Of a DNA stretch of 64,000 bases, positions 40,860-51,420 are shown piece by piece. Positions within the stretch are counted from its first letter, which is position 1. Every line of letters begins with the position of its first letter. The stretch is from Balanoglossus misakiensis (taxonomy: Eukaryota > Animalia > Hemichordata): contig CM082597.2 of NCBI GenBank assembly GCA_040954595.2, positions 1,810,422 to 1,874,421 on the forward strand. The letters are read 5' to 3'. A program made the translations under genes and the position numbers. A model generated the notes under the pieces. That model was not told the origin of the DNA. It worked only from the letters and a program-made list of their open reading frames with translations, and searched no databases.

Positions 40860-41098
40860 TCGTTACAATATCGCTTTTCCCTGACTGACACCATCGTCTA
40901 TCTCGGTGACGTCAACTTCTAAAAAAATAGTAGTGCAAAAGTTTGTTTTATGAAGCTTGCAAATATGTAAAATTAATACAAATGAATTATCCCTTTTCAT
41001 ATTCTTTACTATAAAGATTGTAATTAAAAATTATATTCTAAATGAAACAAAATAAATGCAAGGGAACTTAATGCGTGTATTTATATTTATTTAAATTA

Positions 41099-41185
41099 GT
41101 ATGTATGTATGTATGTATGTATTGAATGTATTGAATGTATGTATGTATGTATGTATGTATGTATGTATGTATGTATGTATGTATG
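41099..41185. repeat. (ATGT)n microsatellite in the HAUS5 3' region
   Basis: Direct reading. Confidence 0.95.
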
Positions 41186-41274
41186 TTACAATGGTGCAAG
41201 ACTATTATACACTGTGATATAATTCTGCTGTATCCTGTGCTGTGAATGCATGTTCTTTCTCTCTGTTAATCATT

Positions 41275-44200
41275 TCAGCATTGGTCACCTTGTGCTGCGA
41301 TCACACTTGCGTCCAAATAGCCCGCAGTCATTCTCTGCTGCAGCAGTTGTGTCGCAGCTGCCGTCCAATGGTCCTTGACTTGTTGGAATGTTCTGTCGTC
41401 CACTCGTATCCAGGTTACGAAGTTCTGAGCCGGCTGCTCCCACCTGCGAAGATGTGATCAAAGTTTTGGACACGTTATCGACAAGATACACTAAAGCATC
41501 AATATCTGCCTTTTGCATTAGTTTCTTGATATTTTTCTCAAACTTAGAATGGTCCATTTGAATGACCTGATAGCAATCTGAATGAGAATTATTGCGAATA
41601 AGTGTTTTTGTTTTTGTTGCTTTGAAAAATAGGTAATTTATTTGGAAAACTATATACTCACCACTCTTGCACCTGTCTTCGTATTCTGCTGAGCTTTTCT
41701 TTGGCAGGGACAACTTCAGATAGTCGCTGCTCTAGGACTGGTAAAAGACGACGTTTCTGTTCTCTTTCATGGATTGACATTTCGTCACTTAAACCTAAAC
41801 AAATATCATATCATATTATATCATATCATATCATATCTATAGGTTATGGAGAAAAAAGTATTGAAGTAATCTTCTCTCTTTGGAATATATACAATGTCGG
41901 CAATTGAAAATTAATTTGTGTTACATTCTTTGTTTGGACAAATTATTCTGAAATAATCATATCATATCATATCATATCATATCATAATTTAATCGAATGA
42001 CTTTACAGATATTTGGTTGGGTGTGGTTTCGTATAAACCTGCTGCAATGAAAGTGTTTTACATGAACACACATACGTTTTATGTCATCAATTCTTGCGGC
42101 TGACTGCATCCCAGTGATCGTAACTTTGAGTTCTTCCTGTGATGTGATCAATGATGTAACGTCGTCCATTTCTATCTTCATTGCAATAACCTTCGGCAGA
42201 AGACATTCTGGGGCCTGCAATTTTAATAAATCAAAAGAGATTTCAGCCTATTAATATTAGATTAAGAGAGTTCAAAATGCTTTGTTTACAGGTACATGTA
42301 CATTAGCAGGGTATTTTTGTTCTAAAACATTGTTCCGAATTTCAACTCAATTTATGCTCACCTTATACAGAGGAAATCTAAGTGAATTCAGCGCATGTTG
42401 GACGGAACTATCGGCCATGTTGGATGATTGTGTCTCAAGTCTGTTAATGGATAGGTTTCTTACAGCAACTGTTCTTTCACTAAAAGATGAAAAATAAGAT
42501 TGTATCACACTCCCAGACTACAAGATACAACAATAAACTATTTCATATTCAGTAGTTTCCTTTGACAGTTTTTCAACAGACACTGATATCTATCTATCTG
42601 CAGTGATTGCTGTTGTATGCTCCACTTCGCAACAGTTTCTAATTTTGGCATCTCAAAAAATTTGGTCACAGTTAAGTCGTCAAACCTCTTTTTTGGGAGA
42701 TGATACTTTCTAGTTTTTGCTGGTGCTTATCAAAAACTAAAAAGTAACATAGTCAGGTCTATCTTGTGCGTAGCGAGGGTGGGACTAATAGAAGGGCTTA
42801 ATAGAAAGATTAAATGGTACTCACTCATCTAAACATGTCAGCATCAAATTGGGAAGAGAGAGAGAAAGGAACTTCTCTGCCTCAGCTTTGACATGATCAT
42901 GCATGTCAGTAACCATGGAAACTACACCGGCTTCATGACTGCATAAGGTGTTCTGGATATACTTCAATAACTGAAATGTAAAAAAAATAATAAAAACATA
43001 TTATGAAAGTTGTGATAATGGTCAATATGAGTGAAAATTAATAATAGATTTGAGACAATGGCTTTTCAGCCATAAGTATCACATTATGAATACAAAATGA
43101 GGGAAATTAATATTTAATTTTACATGTACTAACCACTGCATGCATAGTTAAAACGAAAGAACTGTTGACATTATAACTTGATGGCGGTATATCATATGAC
43201 CCACGTAACCTTTACTCAGTGTCACCATCGCCATTTTCCAATAACCAACCTGCTGATCGGATTTAAGGTTTCTTTTTTTCTTTTCATTTGACACTGCTTT
43301 TTATTTAATGCAGGCGAGAGGCAGGCTAACCTGACTTGTACAATTTCTGTGATATATTCGAGGTAAGCTGTGTTTAACTGTACTTTAAAGACAACTTCAG
43401 TGGCCGGTCACCACCGGTCGAGTATAGAATTTGACCTTGAGGAGATGATCCCCTGTTATGGCTTCTATTTTGACGATTAGTTTGTTTCATTGTCCAGGAA
43501 CATGGCTTATTTAGTTTCACCGGCTGAAGTACAACCACTATGGGAACTACTAGGTAAATGGACGCCAGGCAGCCTGCCTGTCTACCATCTCATCAAGAAC
43601 AGTTGCATCTCGGACAATCAGTGGCCTTCCATTCAAATCTACACAGACAGCAATAATCTGGAAACGATAACCAGCGTCGTCTGCAGCTGCCAGAACCTGG
43701 ACCCAGCAGAGTTCGGGCGGTGTTATTATTTATTTTCTAGAGATAACGAGAAACTGCAGACTCTCCTACAACAGCCTGGTGTCATAGACTGGACTAGCGA
43801 TAACATCCTGTGTTCGTTGCTGCCAATATCGGCTCTTCCGGTGCTCGTGGATGTCGGGAGAGATCACGGCTTAATGCAGGCATCAGTCGAAGAGATGTAC
43901 CACACGTACACGCTCGAGAACATAGACACTGTATGCGAGACAGTTTCCAGTTACGAACTCCCACCGAATTTCTCCATCGCGCCGCTGCAAAGCGAGCATT
44001 CGAGTTTGTTGCAGAGCACGTGTCAGTACGGAGCATCTCCCTCGGTGGCACGGTTCCAGAGAGTCATCCAGTACATGCCTACGCTTGCCATCTATAACGA
44101 CAAAGGCAGGCCGGTTTCATGGGCCCTGATCAAGGAAAGCGGCGACCTGGGAATGACCTACACCACGGCAGAATTCCAGGAACACGGATTCTCCAGCATC

Positions 44201-46678
44201 GTGTTGGCAAATCTGATCAAACTTGTCATGGAGAAGGGAGAAAGTGTCTTTATCGTAATCGGCGACAACGACACTGCTTCCATTCTCCTTCACACAAAGC
44301 TCGGATTCAAGCGTCATGAGGATGTAGTCACGGCTTGGTTTACTCTGACCAAGTAAACATGCGATAAATCCCCCCTCTCCCTATCAATTGCTGAATACTC
44401 CCTTACAAGGGACTAAGTACTTGTATTAACTGCAACAATGTACATCATTGCAAACAATATGGTTGTTACTTTGTATTACACTGTAGTATAACTGCTACAA
44501 TGTACATCATTGCAAACAATATGGTTGTTACTTTGTATTACACTGTACTGTAACTGCTACAATGTACATCATTGCAAACAATATGGTTGCTACTTTGTAT
44601 TGCACTGTAGTATAACTGCAACAATGTACATCATTGCAAACAATGAGGTTGTTACTTTGTATTACACTGTACATTATTGCTATTTTTCTAAATAATTTGT
44701 ATAACAGAAATTGTTTTACAACTGAAATATGCAAGAAATGTTTTATTATAATGAAATCTGCAATAATTGTTTCATTCAAATTTTGCAAATCATAAATTAA
44801 TTGTAATATTTTAAACAATTATAATATTCACTTTATAATAAATAATTGTATCAAAGGATTGTTTCAGATTTTGTGTTATGGTGTTGTGGGGACAGCAGCC
44901 ATAATGTTTGTTCAGATATTTTTTTATTTTGTATCTTATGAGGTTTCTGGTTCTACTTCCTAAATTGTATTCAATTGCCCTTACTTATACAGTGCGCATG
45001 AAATATGGACGGAAGCAAAAGCAGTCCACTATTTGAATGCGTCAAATGTAAAATTTGCAGAACATTTGGATTGGATATAATGTTTGTACACACAAAATTA
45101 TGCATTGGCCTTAAATTTGGATATTAGATATACCAGATATATATATAATACTATGCAATATGTTTAACCAAAATCACAGTGTACACATTTAAACAATTAT
45201 TTTATATTATTTATTCCCATTACATTTTATTTCATTAGGTTCATAGTGGTTTTGTATTTCTTTTCTTTATTTTGACATTTGCATTTGTTTTTATTTTCAC
45301 TTCAACAGTTTGTTGTCAGATTAAGTTGGTAATTAGGTTTCAATAAATATATCATTTACTTTGAAATGTTGGCGACTTTCAACTCATGAAAAGGTGATTT
45401 TGCGACTGGTGTTTGATCTCCACAGAATTAACAGACAACTGCCGCCACAATCTTACAGTCTCAAGTGTTGAAGACCCGAAAATGAACATCCAACCTTGTA
45501 GTTATAGTTGTACACTCAATTATTAAACTTGAAATATAAACCTACAATCGGATGTCTTACCTGTTGTCGACGTTCTTCAAGCCTTCCTTTGGCATCATTA
45601 TTCTGTTTCAGCAACACATGCATCAAGTTTTGATTGGCTTCCTACGAGAATTACAAGAAAAAACAACAATGAACAATGAGGTTTGGGGGAATTTTACTAA
45701 CTACTTCTGGGCCCAGTTAGAAAGAAGGAACTGAACCTACCACCACTTTGTTGAAGTTCTGTATTTTACTGTACTTCTGTTGCAGAGTGGCTCTCTCTTC
45801 TTGGTTTTTCGTCGCTTTGCCTTCCAGATTTTCGACCGCGGCGTCCAGATGCTCGACTAGCGCCCTCTGTGATGCCAATTCGACCCCCGCATCGTGCACT
45901 GCCCTGTGAGGCAAACAGACACAAGAGATTTGGTGTTTGTTCAAGTAAACATAATTCTGGCTGCATTAAATAGGTTTGTACTTCCTGCTAGGAGCTCAAA
46001 TCACATTATAATAAGTGCATTCTGGGTAAAAGGTCAACAACTTACTGTTGCAAGAGTAGAAAAAATGATAGGCTGGCTGTATTTTATGTCTTCCTTTGGT
46101 CGAACATTTCGGCCATCTTGAAATCGTGTCGACCATATGAGATTTTCATCCTCCACTCTTTAAACTCTTAGTACTGTACTGCAATAGCCCAACTTGCTTG
46201 GAAATATTTAGAAACCATTACTTACTTTGCCATTTCCAAACACCCTCCTTGTCCATGATAAATCTTCATCAACATTTCATTGACCTGGTCCTGCAGGATT
46301 GAAAGGTTCGCTCTTGCATTCTGTGATTGCTGTAGGAATTTCTCTTGCTCCACAAACTGTAGAATGTGTTCATTTTGAGCATCCTAGGGTGACAAAAAAT
46401 CACAAGTTAAACTCACAGCAAATCTGGTGACCGGAAGTGCTGTTTTGAGCAGCCAATCTTGTAGTTGTATTATGAAGTAAATAATTGTTACCTACCTCGA
46501 GCAGTTTACGCACAGTCTGAGATACACTGGGCTGGCTGGACAGATCATGAAGGTTGCCACTTTCATACTTAAATCTGTGGACAAGATAATACTACCATTG
46601 TAATACTCGCACAAGAGACACTGTTTAGTCAAGAAAACATTCTTCTCATTATCCTTCTAAAATATTGTACTGTCTTTA

Positions 46679-46709
<31 letters not shown>

Positions 46710-46799
46710 CATACATACATACATACATACATACATACATACAAACATACATACATACATACATACATACATACATACATACATACATACATACATACA

Positions 46800-46832
<33 letters not shown>

Positions 46833-49800
46833 TACACGAAACCTACTTGAGTTGTTCAATGTCCCTGTTGATGTCAATCCGTGGTGTCATTTCTCGTAAA
46901 CTGTTCGCTGACTGCCCCGCATTGTCTGCCAATGAAAGGACCACTTTCCCAGCTTTGTAATCCCGCAGTATGTCCTACATTGAACCGAAAAAAATTCACG
47001 GTATATTTCAATATTTACTATCAGAATCCAGCTACAAGATTACAATTTCTTCTATCTTTTGAGATGGTTGATTAATTTAAACTCTATTAAACAATAAAGA
47101 AAAGAGTAAAAAGTAGCACTTTATATGGTCTGGAATATTTCTAGTTGACTAGTTGGTTCCAGTAATATTGCGAAAAATATGATGGAAAGGTTCCCTCACC
47201 TCAACTTTGGTCCATAAGTGATGTCTCTTCTTTTGTCTGTGTGTAAATTGGATTTTAAAAATTGTTTACAATCACCAGAGTAATGTAATTTTACCACAGA
47301 TCATTAAAATGTATGAAAACAAGTCTTTTAATTTAGATTTGCACCTTAGCTAGACAGGCTTTCGTGTATGATCATGGCCATGCATGTGTGTGTGTGTATG
47401 CACGCGCTTGTGTTTGTGTGTATGTGTGTGTGTGTGAGAGATTGTGCCAGTGTATACTTACAAGACTGCTTTGTCCGCAAACTGTCCCCTGACTAATTGC
47501 TGATGAAAGGAGGCTATGGCTTCATATCCTTCTCTTACACTTCTCTGATGAACAAAAAAAACGACAAGGAAAGAAGTTACTAAAACTGAGGTTCATCTTG
47601 TGTGCACAGAGACTCTGGTTACAGAAATTTTATACAGTCAATGAGATAAATGCAGTGTGCTGTCCTTACAACAGACAAGATGGCGGCGAACATAGTCTGT
47701 GTCAGTAATCGGGAAGACGGCAAATCTAACGTCTACTTATACGGTGTGCATGAATATGGATGGAAGCTAGCTTACCCCACAAGCAGTCTCTAACACAGGA
47801 ACATTACCCTCGTCTTCATTAGCAGCTTGTTTACTGAAGTAAAGGGTTTCTGAGTAGGATTTACTGCAATAAGAAGTAGGGACAATAAACATTAAATGAA
47901 GGAACAGAATTAACAAAGTGGTGCTGCCCATGATCATCACCATACATAATCATCATCATCATCATCATCATCGTTATCATCATCATCGTTATCATCATCA
48001 TCATCACCACCACCACCATTGAAACCTGCGTTATATGATTACTGATTTTCCCAAGAGCTCTCACTCAAACGCTCACCTTTTCTGCTTGTCACATTTGTTC
48101 GTCATCTCCTTCATTTCATTGCTGTATGCATCATATTTCTCAGTGGATGCCTTACATTGACCGGAGTACGCTGACAGTAACGTGGTCTGATGTTTCACTT
48201 GACGTGTCTTCTCACAAGCTTGTCTGTATTCCCTCTCTGCAATGACATTTTAAAGCATCATTACTGTATCTTTTCACTATATTTCCTTATTTTTTGTTTT
48301 CTGTACCTACTGCAGTTTTTTGGTCAAATCCCTGATGCATGATGAAATGCCCAGTATCCAGCTTACAAACACAACCTATATGTATATAGTCACAATTGTT
48401 ACTGTGCAAAATTTGAAATCAAGACTGGACTAGAATACATATACCAACAATAACAATAGTCGTTACACTCATAAGGCTATGTTGACAAGGTGTATTAGCA
48501 TGCTGTTTGGAGTAGAAAAAGAAACAACTTTTGTTTTCTCACCAGTGTTGATGATTTCCTTCTCCACTCTCTGCACCTCTCCTTCCAGAACTCCCACGTC
48601 TCGGAGCGACACGTTAACCTCAGCTTCCAACTGCCGGAGTTGCCGGAGCAGATCGTCCCTCTGCTGGGAATACTCCCCTTTTCCGTGTCTGGGATTTGGG
48701 AATCAAGTCAAGGAGCACAACCCCGAAAATGCGGAGGAGGGGAAAGGGGAGGGGGAACGTTGTGCACAGTATAAATAGTACATGTACTAATCCAGTGACA
48801 ATATTTTATTTACTCAGGCACTTAATGTTCATTCTTATCTTTAAGTTAATTAATTTTCCAGGAATAACCACAATCATGACAGTATCTTCAAGACAAACTG
48901 TTCAGTAAAATTACTGTCTGATCGGAGTAACGTGCAAAGCGCCCTCTATCGACCAGCACATTACTGTCCATTTCATAAATTTCAGCCAGAAATGTCACAG
49001 AACTTTTGTCACAGGCAGGAAAGACTGCAAAAGACATGACACGTACGCAGAAATCTGAACACAAAAGATTTGCAAGGTTACAAGGCCGGCGTTCTATTTT
49101 TGCCGATAAATCTGACAACCCTGCCGGTCTGGCATTGAAAAAGGTTTCCTGACTAGAAGCGCAGAAAGAGAAAAAGACGATAATAAGGAGTTGGACCTTG
49201 ATGTGCACGTTGCCATAGACACCAAGAGAGTCCTCTCCCCAAAGGGCAAGGTTTTTATTTTTTTTTCAAAATGAAATCTCAAAAAAATCTAAGATTTCAC
49301 CAAATCTATGACTTGGAAACTAAACAATAGCACCAACAGATGACTCAAGAAACTAAAAATTAGTGATGGCTGCAAAAACACTGCAAATCAGAAATAAAAA
49401 TCTGATGTGAAGATTTCGTAAAACATATATTTAAATAGTGTGGCCTCAGGATCTAATGATTCTCTCAAGCCACTTGGAAATAAATTGGATATCTCCCACG
49501 GCAACAGGCCACACAAGGTCGCACTGACCACCAAGCACCCACATTAATAAGGTCTCAGCCTTAATTAATAAGTCCATTTCTTCTCGTTATCTGACATCTG
49601 AGGAAAATTACGATCATTATGGAAACATTAGACGGAAAACCCACCCAGAGGGAAATCAGTGATGGAAAGGGCAACTGATACATGCCAAGATTTCTCCACT
49701 GCAAACTGAAAATCACCCATTCTTCCTTTCCTTGTTTTCAATGTGACAAACTGACACTCAATAAAATACTTCAAATCTTCTCCCTATCCTTTAGAATCAT

Positions 49801-50448
49801 CACCATCAAGCCATATTACTTGTATTTGCATCAGTCTGTCACCTCTTGGCAACGCATACCACGATAGTTGTGTACTCCTTGTATGGAGACCGATTAAATA
49901 AGTGTGGTACCTATTGGGGGTGGGATGGGTTGGGAATGAAAGGATACATTGCTAGATTACCTCTGATCTTCTGTAAACGCTGCCTGGAGTGGACATTGGT
50001 TAGAACAAACTTCCATATATCCATCATGTTACCACGACAGATCCTGTTATACAAAAAAAAAAAAATATTTCAGTACACATGTCCTTGTATCTTATCAGAT
50101 TAAAAAGAATGAAAATGCAGATTAATGTCTATAATAAATAAGTTTATAGAAATTCTATGAACATCTATAGATTTCTATGTAGTTTTGAACCCTTCTATCG
50201 AATTCTATAGAAGCTTCAAAATCTATAGAATTCTACAGAACTCTATAAGGTGCCCAAGGCATTGGCCATGCTACCACTTACCATTCAAGGTCTTTGGCTG
50301 TCGGTGCAGACTTCCCTTGTTGCGCTGGGAAACCCATCTCATCAACGCTCCATTTGTGCAAACATGCTGCCAGCTCTGTAGGGCCTATGTTCTTCAACGA
50401 TGTCTCCTGTCGTCCTTTGCCTTGTAGTCTTTGTGTGTGCTTCTTCAT
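41275..50448 (-). CDS. HAUS5: HAUS augmin-like complex subunit 5 (about 696 aa, 17 coding exons)
   Basis: Exons 50282-50448, 49948-50043, 48543-48688, 48077-48236, 47776-47863, 47462-47544, 47200-47236, 46847-46974, 46496-46574, 46226-46383, 45741-45903, 45561-45641, 42825-42970, 42362-42479, 42076-42214, 41662-41794 and 41275-41443; all phases consistent. Diagnostic motifs: WSVDEMGF, ICRGNMMDIWKFVLTNVHSRQRLQKIRGNL, LSINRL...FPLYKAPECLL and WWEQPAQ. Confidence 0.92.
41803..41985. repeat. Two (ATATC)n tracts in a HAUS5 intron
   Basis: Runs at about 41803-41836 and 41957-41985. Confidence 0.8.
43502..44356 (+). CDS. GNAT-fold acyltransferase, glycine N-acyltransferase-like/FR47-like (284 aa, single coding exon), nested in a HAUS5 intron
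   Basis: Open frame from ATG 43502. C-terminal GRPVSWAL..ESGDLGMTYTTAEFQEHGFS..V..NL and NDTASILLHTKLGF are typical GNAT motif A/B; the N-terminal LPVYHLI..QWP resembles GLYAT-like proteins. Acceptor ttgtccag just upstream; candidate 5' UTR exon at 43314-43362. Confidence 0.85.
   Translation: MAYLVSPAEVQPLWELLGKWTPGSLPVYHLIKNSCISDNQWPSIQIYTDSNNLETITSVVCSCQNLDPAEFGRCYYLFSRDNEKLQTLLQQPGVIDWTSDNILCSLLPISALPVLVDVGRDHGLMQASVEEMYHTYTLENIDTVCETVSSYELPPNFSIAPLQSEHSSLLQSTCQYGASPSVARFQRVIQYMPTLAIYNDKGRPVSWALIKESGDLGMTYTTAEFQEHGFSSIVLANLIKLVMEKGESVFIVIGDNDTASILLHTKLGFKRHEDVVTAWFTLTK
44427..44671. repeat. 62-bp minisatellite, about 4 copies
   Basis: Unit TAACTGCAACAATGTACATCATTGCAAACAATATGGTTGTTACTTTGTATTACACTGTAGTA starts at 44427, 44489, 44551 and 44613. 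Confidence 0.95.
46681..46828. repeat. (ACAT)n microsatellite
   Basis: Direct reading, about 37 units. Confidence 0.97.
47932..48019. repeat. (CAT)n/(CAC)n trinucleotide repeat in a HAUS5 intron
   Basis: Direct reading. Confidence 0.9.
48689..49947 (-). other. U12-type (minor spliceosome) GT-AG intron of HAUS5
   Basis: 5' splice site GTATCCTTT (49947-49939); branch site TCCTTGAC (48714-48707) about 19 nt from the AG; no long polypyrimidine tract; keeps the HAUS5 frame. Confidence 0.85.
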
Positions 50449-51259
50449 CGTCACACTATGCAGTTAGTTGATTCGATCTGTCCACTTTCAATTTTGTCTA
50501 TTTCAGTCTGGAAATATATAAGGTATAATGTCATACTGTTGTATACCAAAAGTAGCTCTGTTGTAACTTTTGGCTTTTTTAAAGTATTTTTGTTCTCCTT
50601 ATTAACTACAGTTGCCCCTTAGTGTTTCTGCTATATGATTGGGAATCATTGAATACTATATGGTAACACTTCTGCTACTCATTAATACGACTGCATTGGT
50701 ATTCTACAGGGGGGCCTCAGTAAAATGATGGGGGAACCATGGTAACCGATGCTTGGCAACATAGCCCACACCAGTTGTAATCAATGATTTGGATATGTTT
50801 TGTCATAAGGTGGGAAGACAAAAAAAAACAGTAAGATAAGGCACATACAATGTTTTATGAAGTCTGTGTGTGTTTCTATATGCATTGGTATAATACCGTA
50901 TATTACTATTAGAAGTACAAAAAAAGTTCAGTTTATAAAAATTATGCAAGTTGCTTTGGATAAAAGAAACCACTGAACACGGGAAACTCCACTTGCGTTG
51001 AAAATGGTCCCATAGAAAGCATAACGACTTCGAGAATTATGAGGTCTGGTACCAGAATCACTCCACACTGTACAGTATACAGTGACCGTGCTGGTAGATA
51101 TAAAAGCCCCTCCCACTGCTATCAAAATTAATGAACGGTTTACACACGTTCTATCTACAGTCTTGCCACCAAAGAAGGAAAAATATATAAAGAAAGTGAC
51201 GTTGGAGACTATGTGTACACAGGTTTCAAGTAAATTGATATTTAACACGTTCAACTTAC

Positions 51260-51420
51260 TATTTTAGCTGACGTCCCAACGTGGAAACGAACAACCTTGT
51301 TTTCATTTCAAGCTTGCCGCCATTTGCATGATTCGATTGTTCGTTGTTTCTTTTCACCAGGCAAAACCCCGACCACGTGCCACAGCGCCCCCTTCAGGCA
51401 AAACCAGACCTCTTATGTAT
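51260..51420 (-). promoter_or_regulatory. Probable HAUS5 promoter / non-coding first exon region
   Basis: YY1-type CAAATGGCGGC (51316-51326); minus-strand donor-like GTAAGT at 51259; E-box CACGTG and a CTCF-like motif at 51383-51400; CpG-richer than flanks; acceptor for the ATG exon at 50507. Confidence 0.45.

Noticed and set aside
41285-41713. 142-aa minus ORF as the last HAUS5 exon
   Set aside because: Wrong frame and runs through an intron; the conserved WWEQPAQ terminus is in another frame (41275-41443).
36260-43502. Acceptor-like AG just before the ATG of all three plus-strand enzyme genes, suggesting an SL trans-spliced operon
   Set aside because: Plausible cis donors exist shortly upstream in each case (36151/36181, 38301, 43363), so ordinary 5' UTR introns suffice.
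44427-44671. CRISPR-like array
   Set aside because: Units are contiguous near-identical 62-mers with no unique spacers, no cas genes, and a eukaryotic context.
46629-46877. ORFs with YVCM/HTYI repeats (also 22962-23274, 47861-48064, 54578-54793)
   Set aside because: Translations of microsatellites.
50144-50248. Cluster of TTCTATAGAA-like palindromes in a HAUS5 intron
   Set aside because: Degenerate low-complexity repeat; resemblance to heat-shock elements is not distinguishable from chance.
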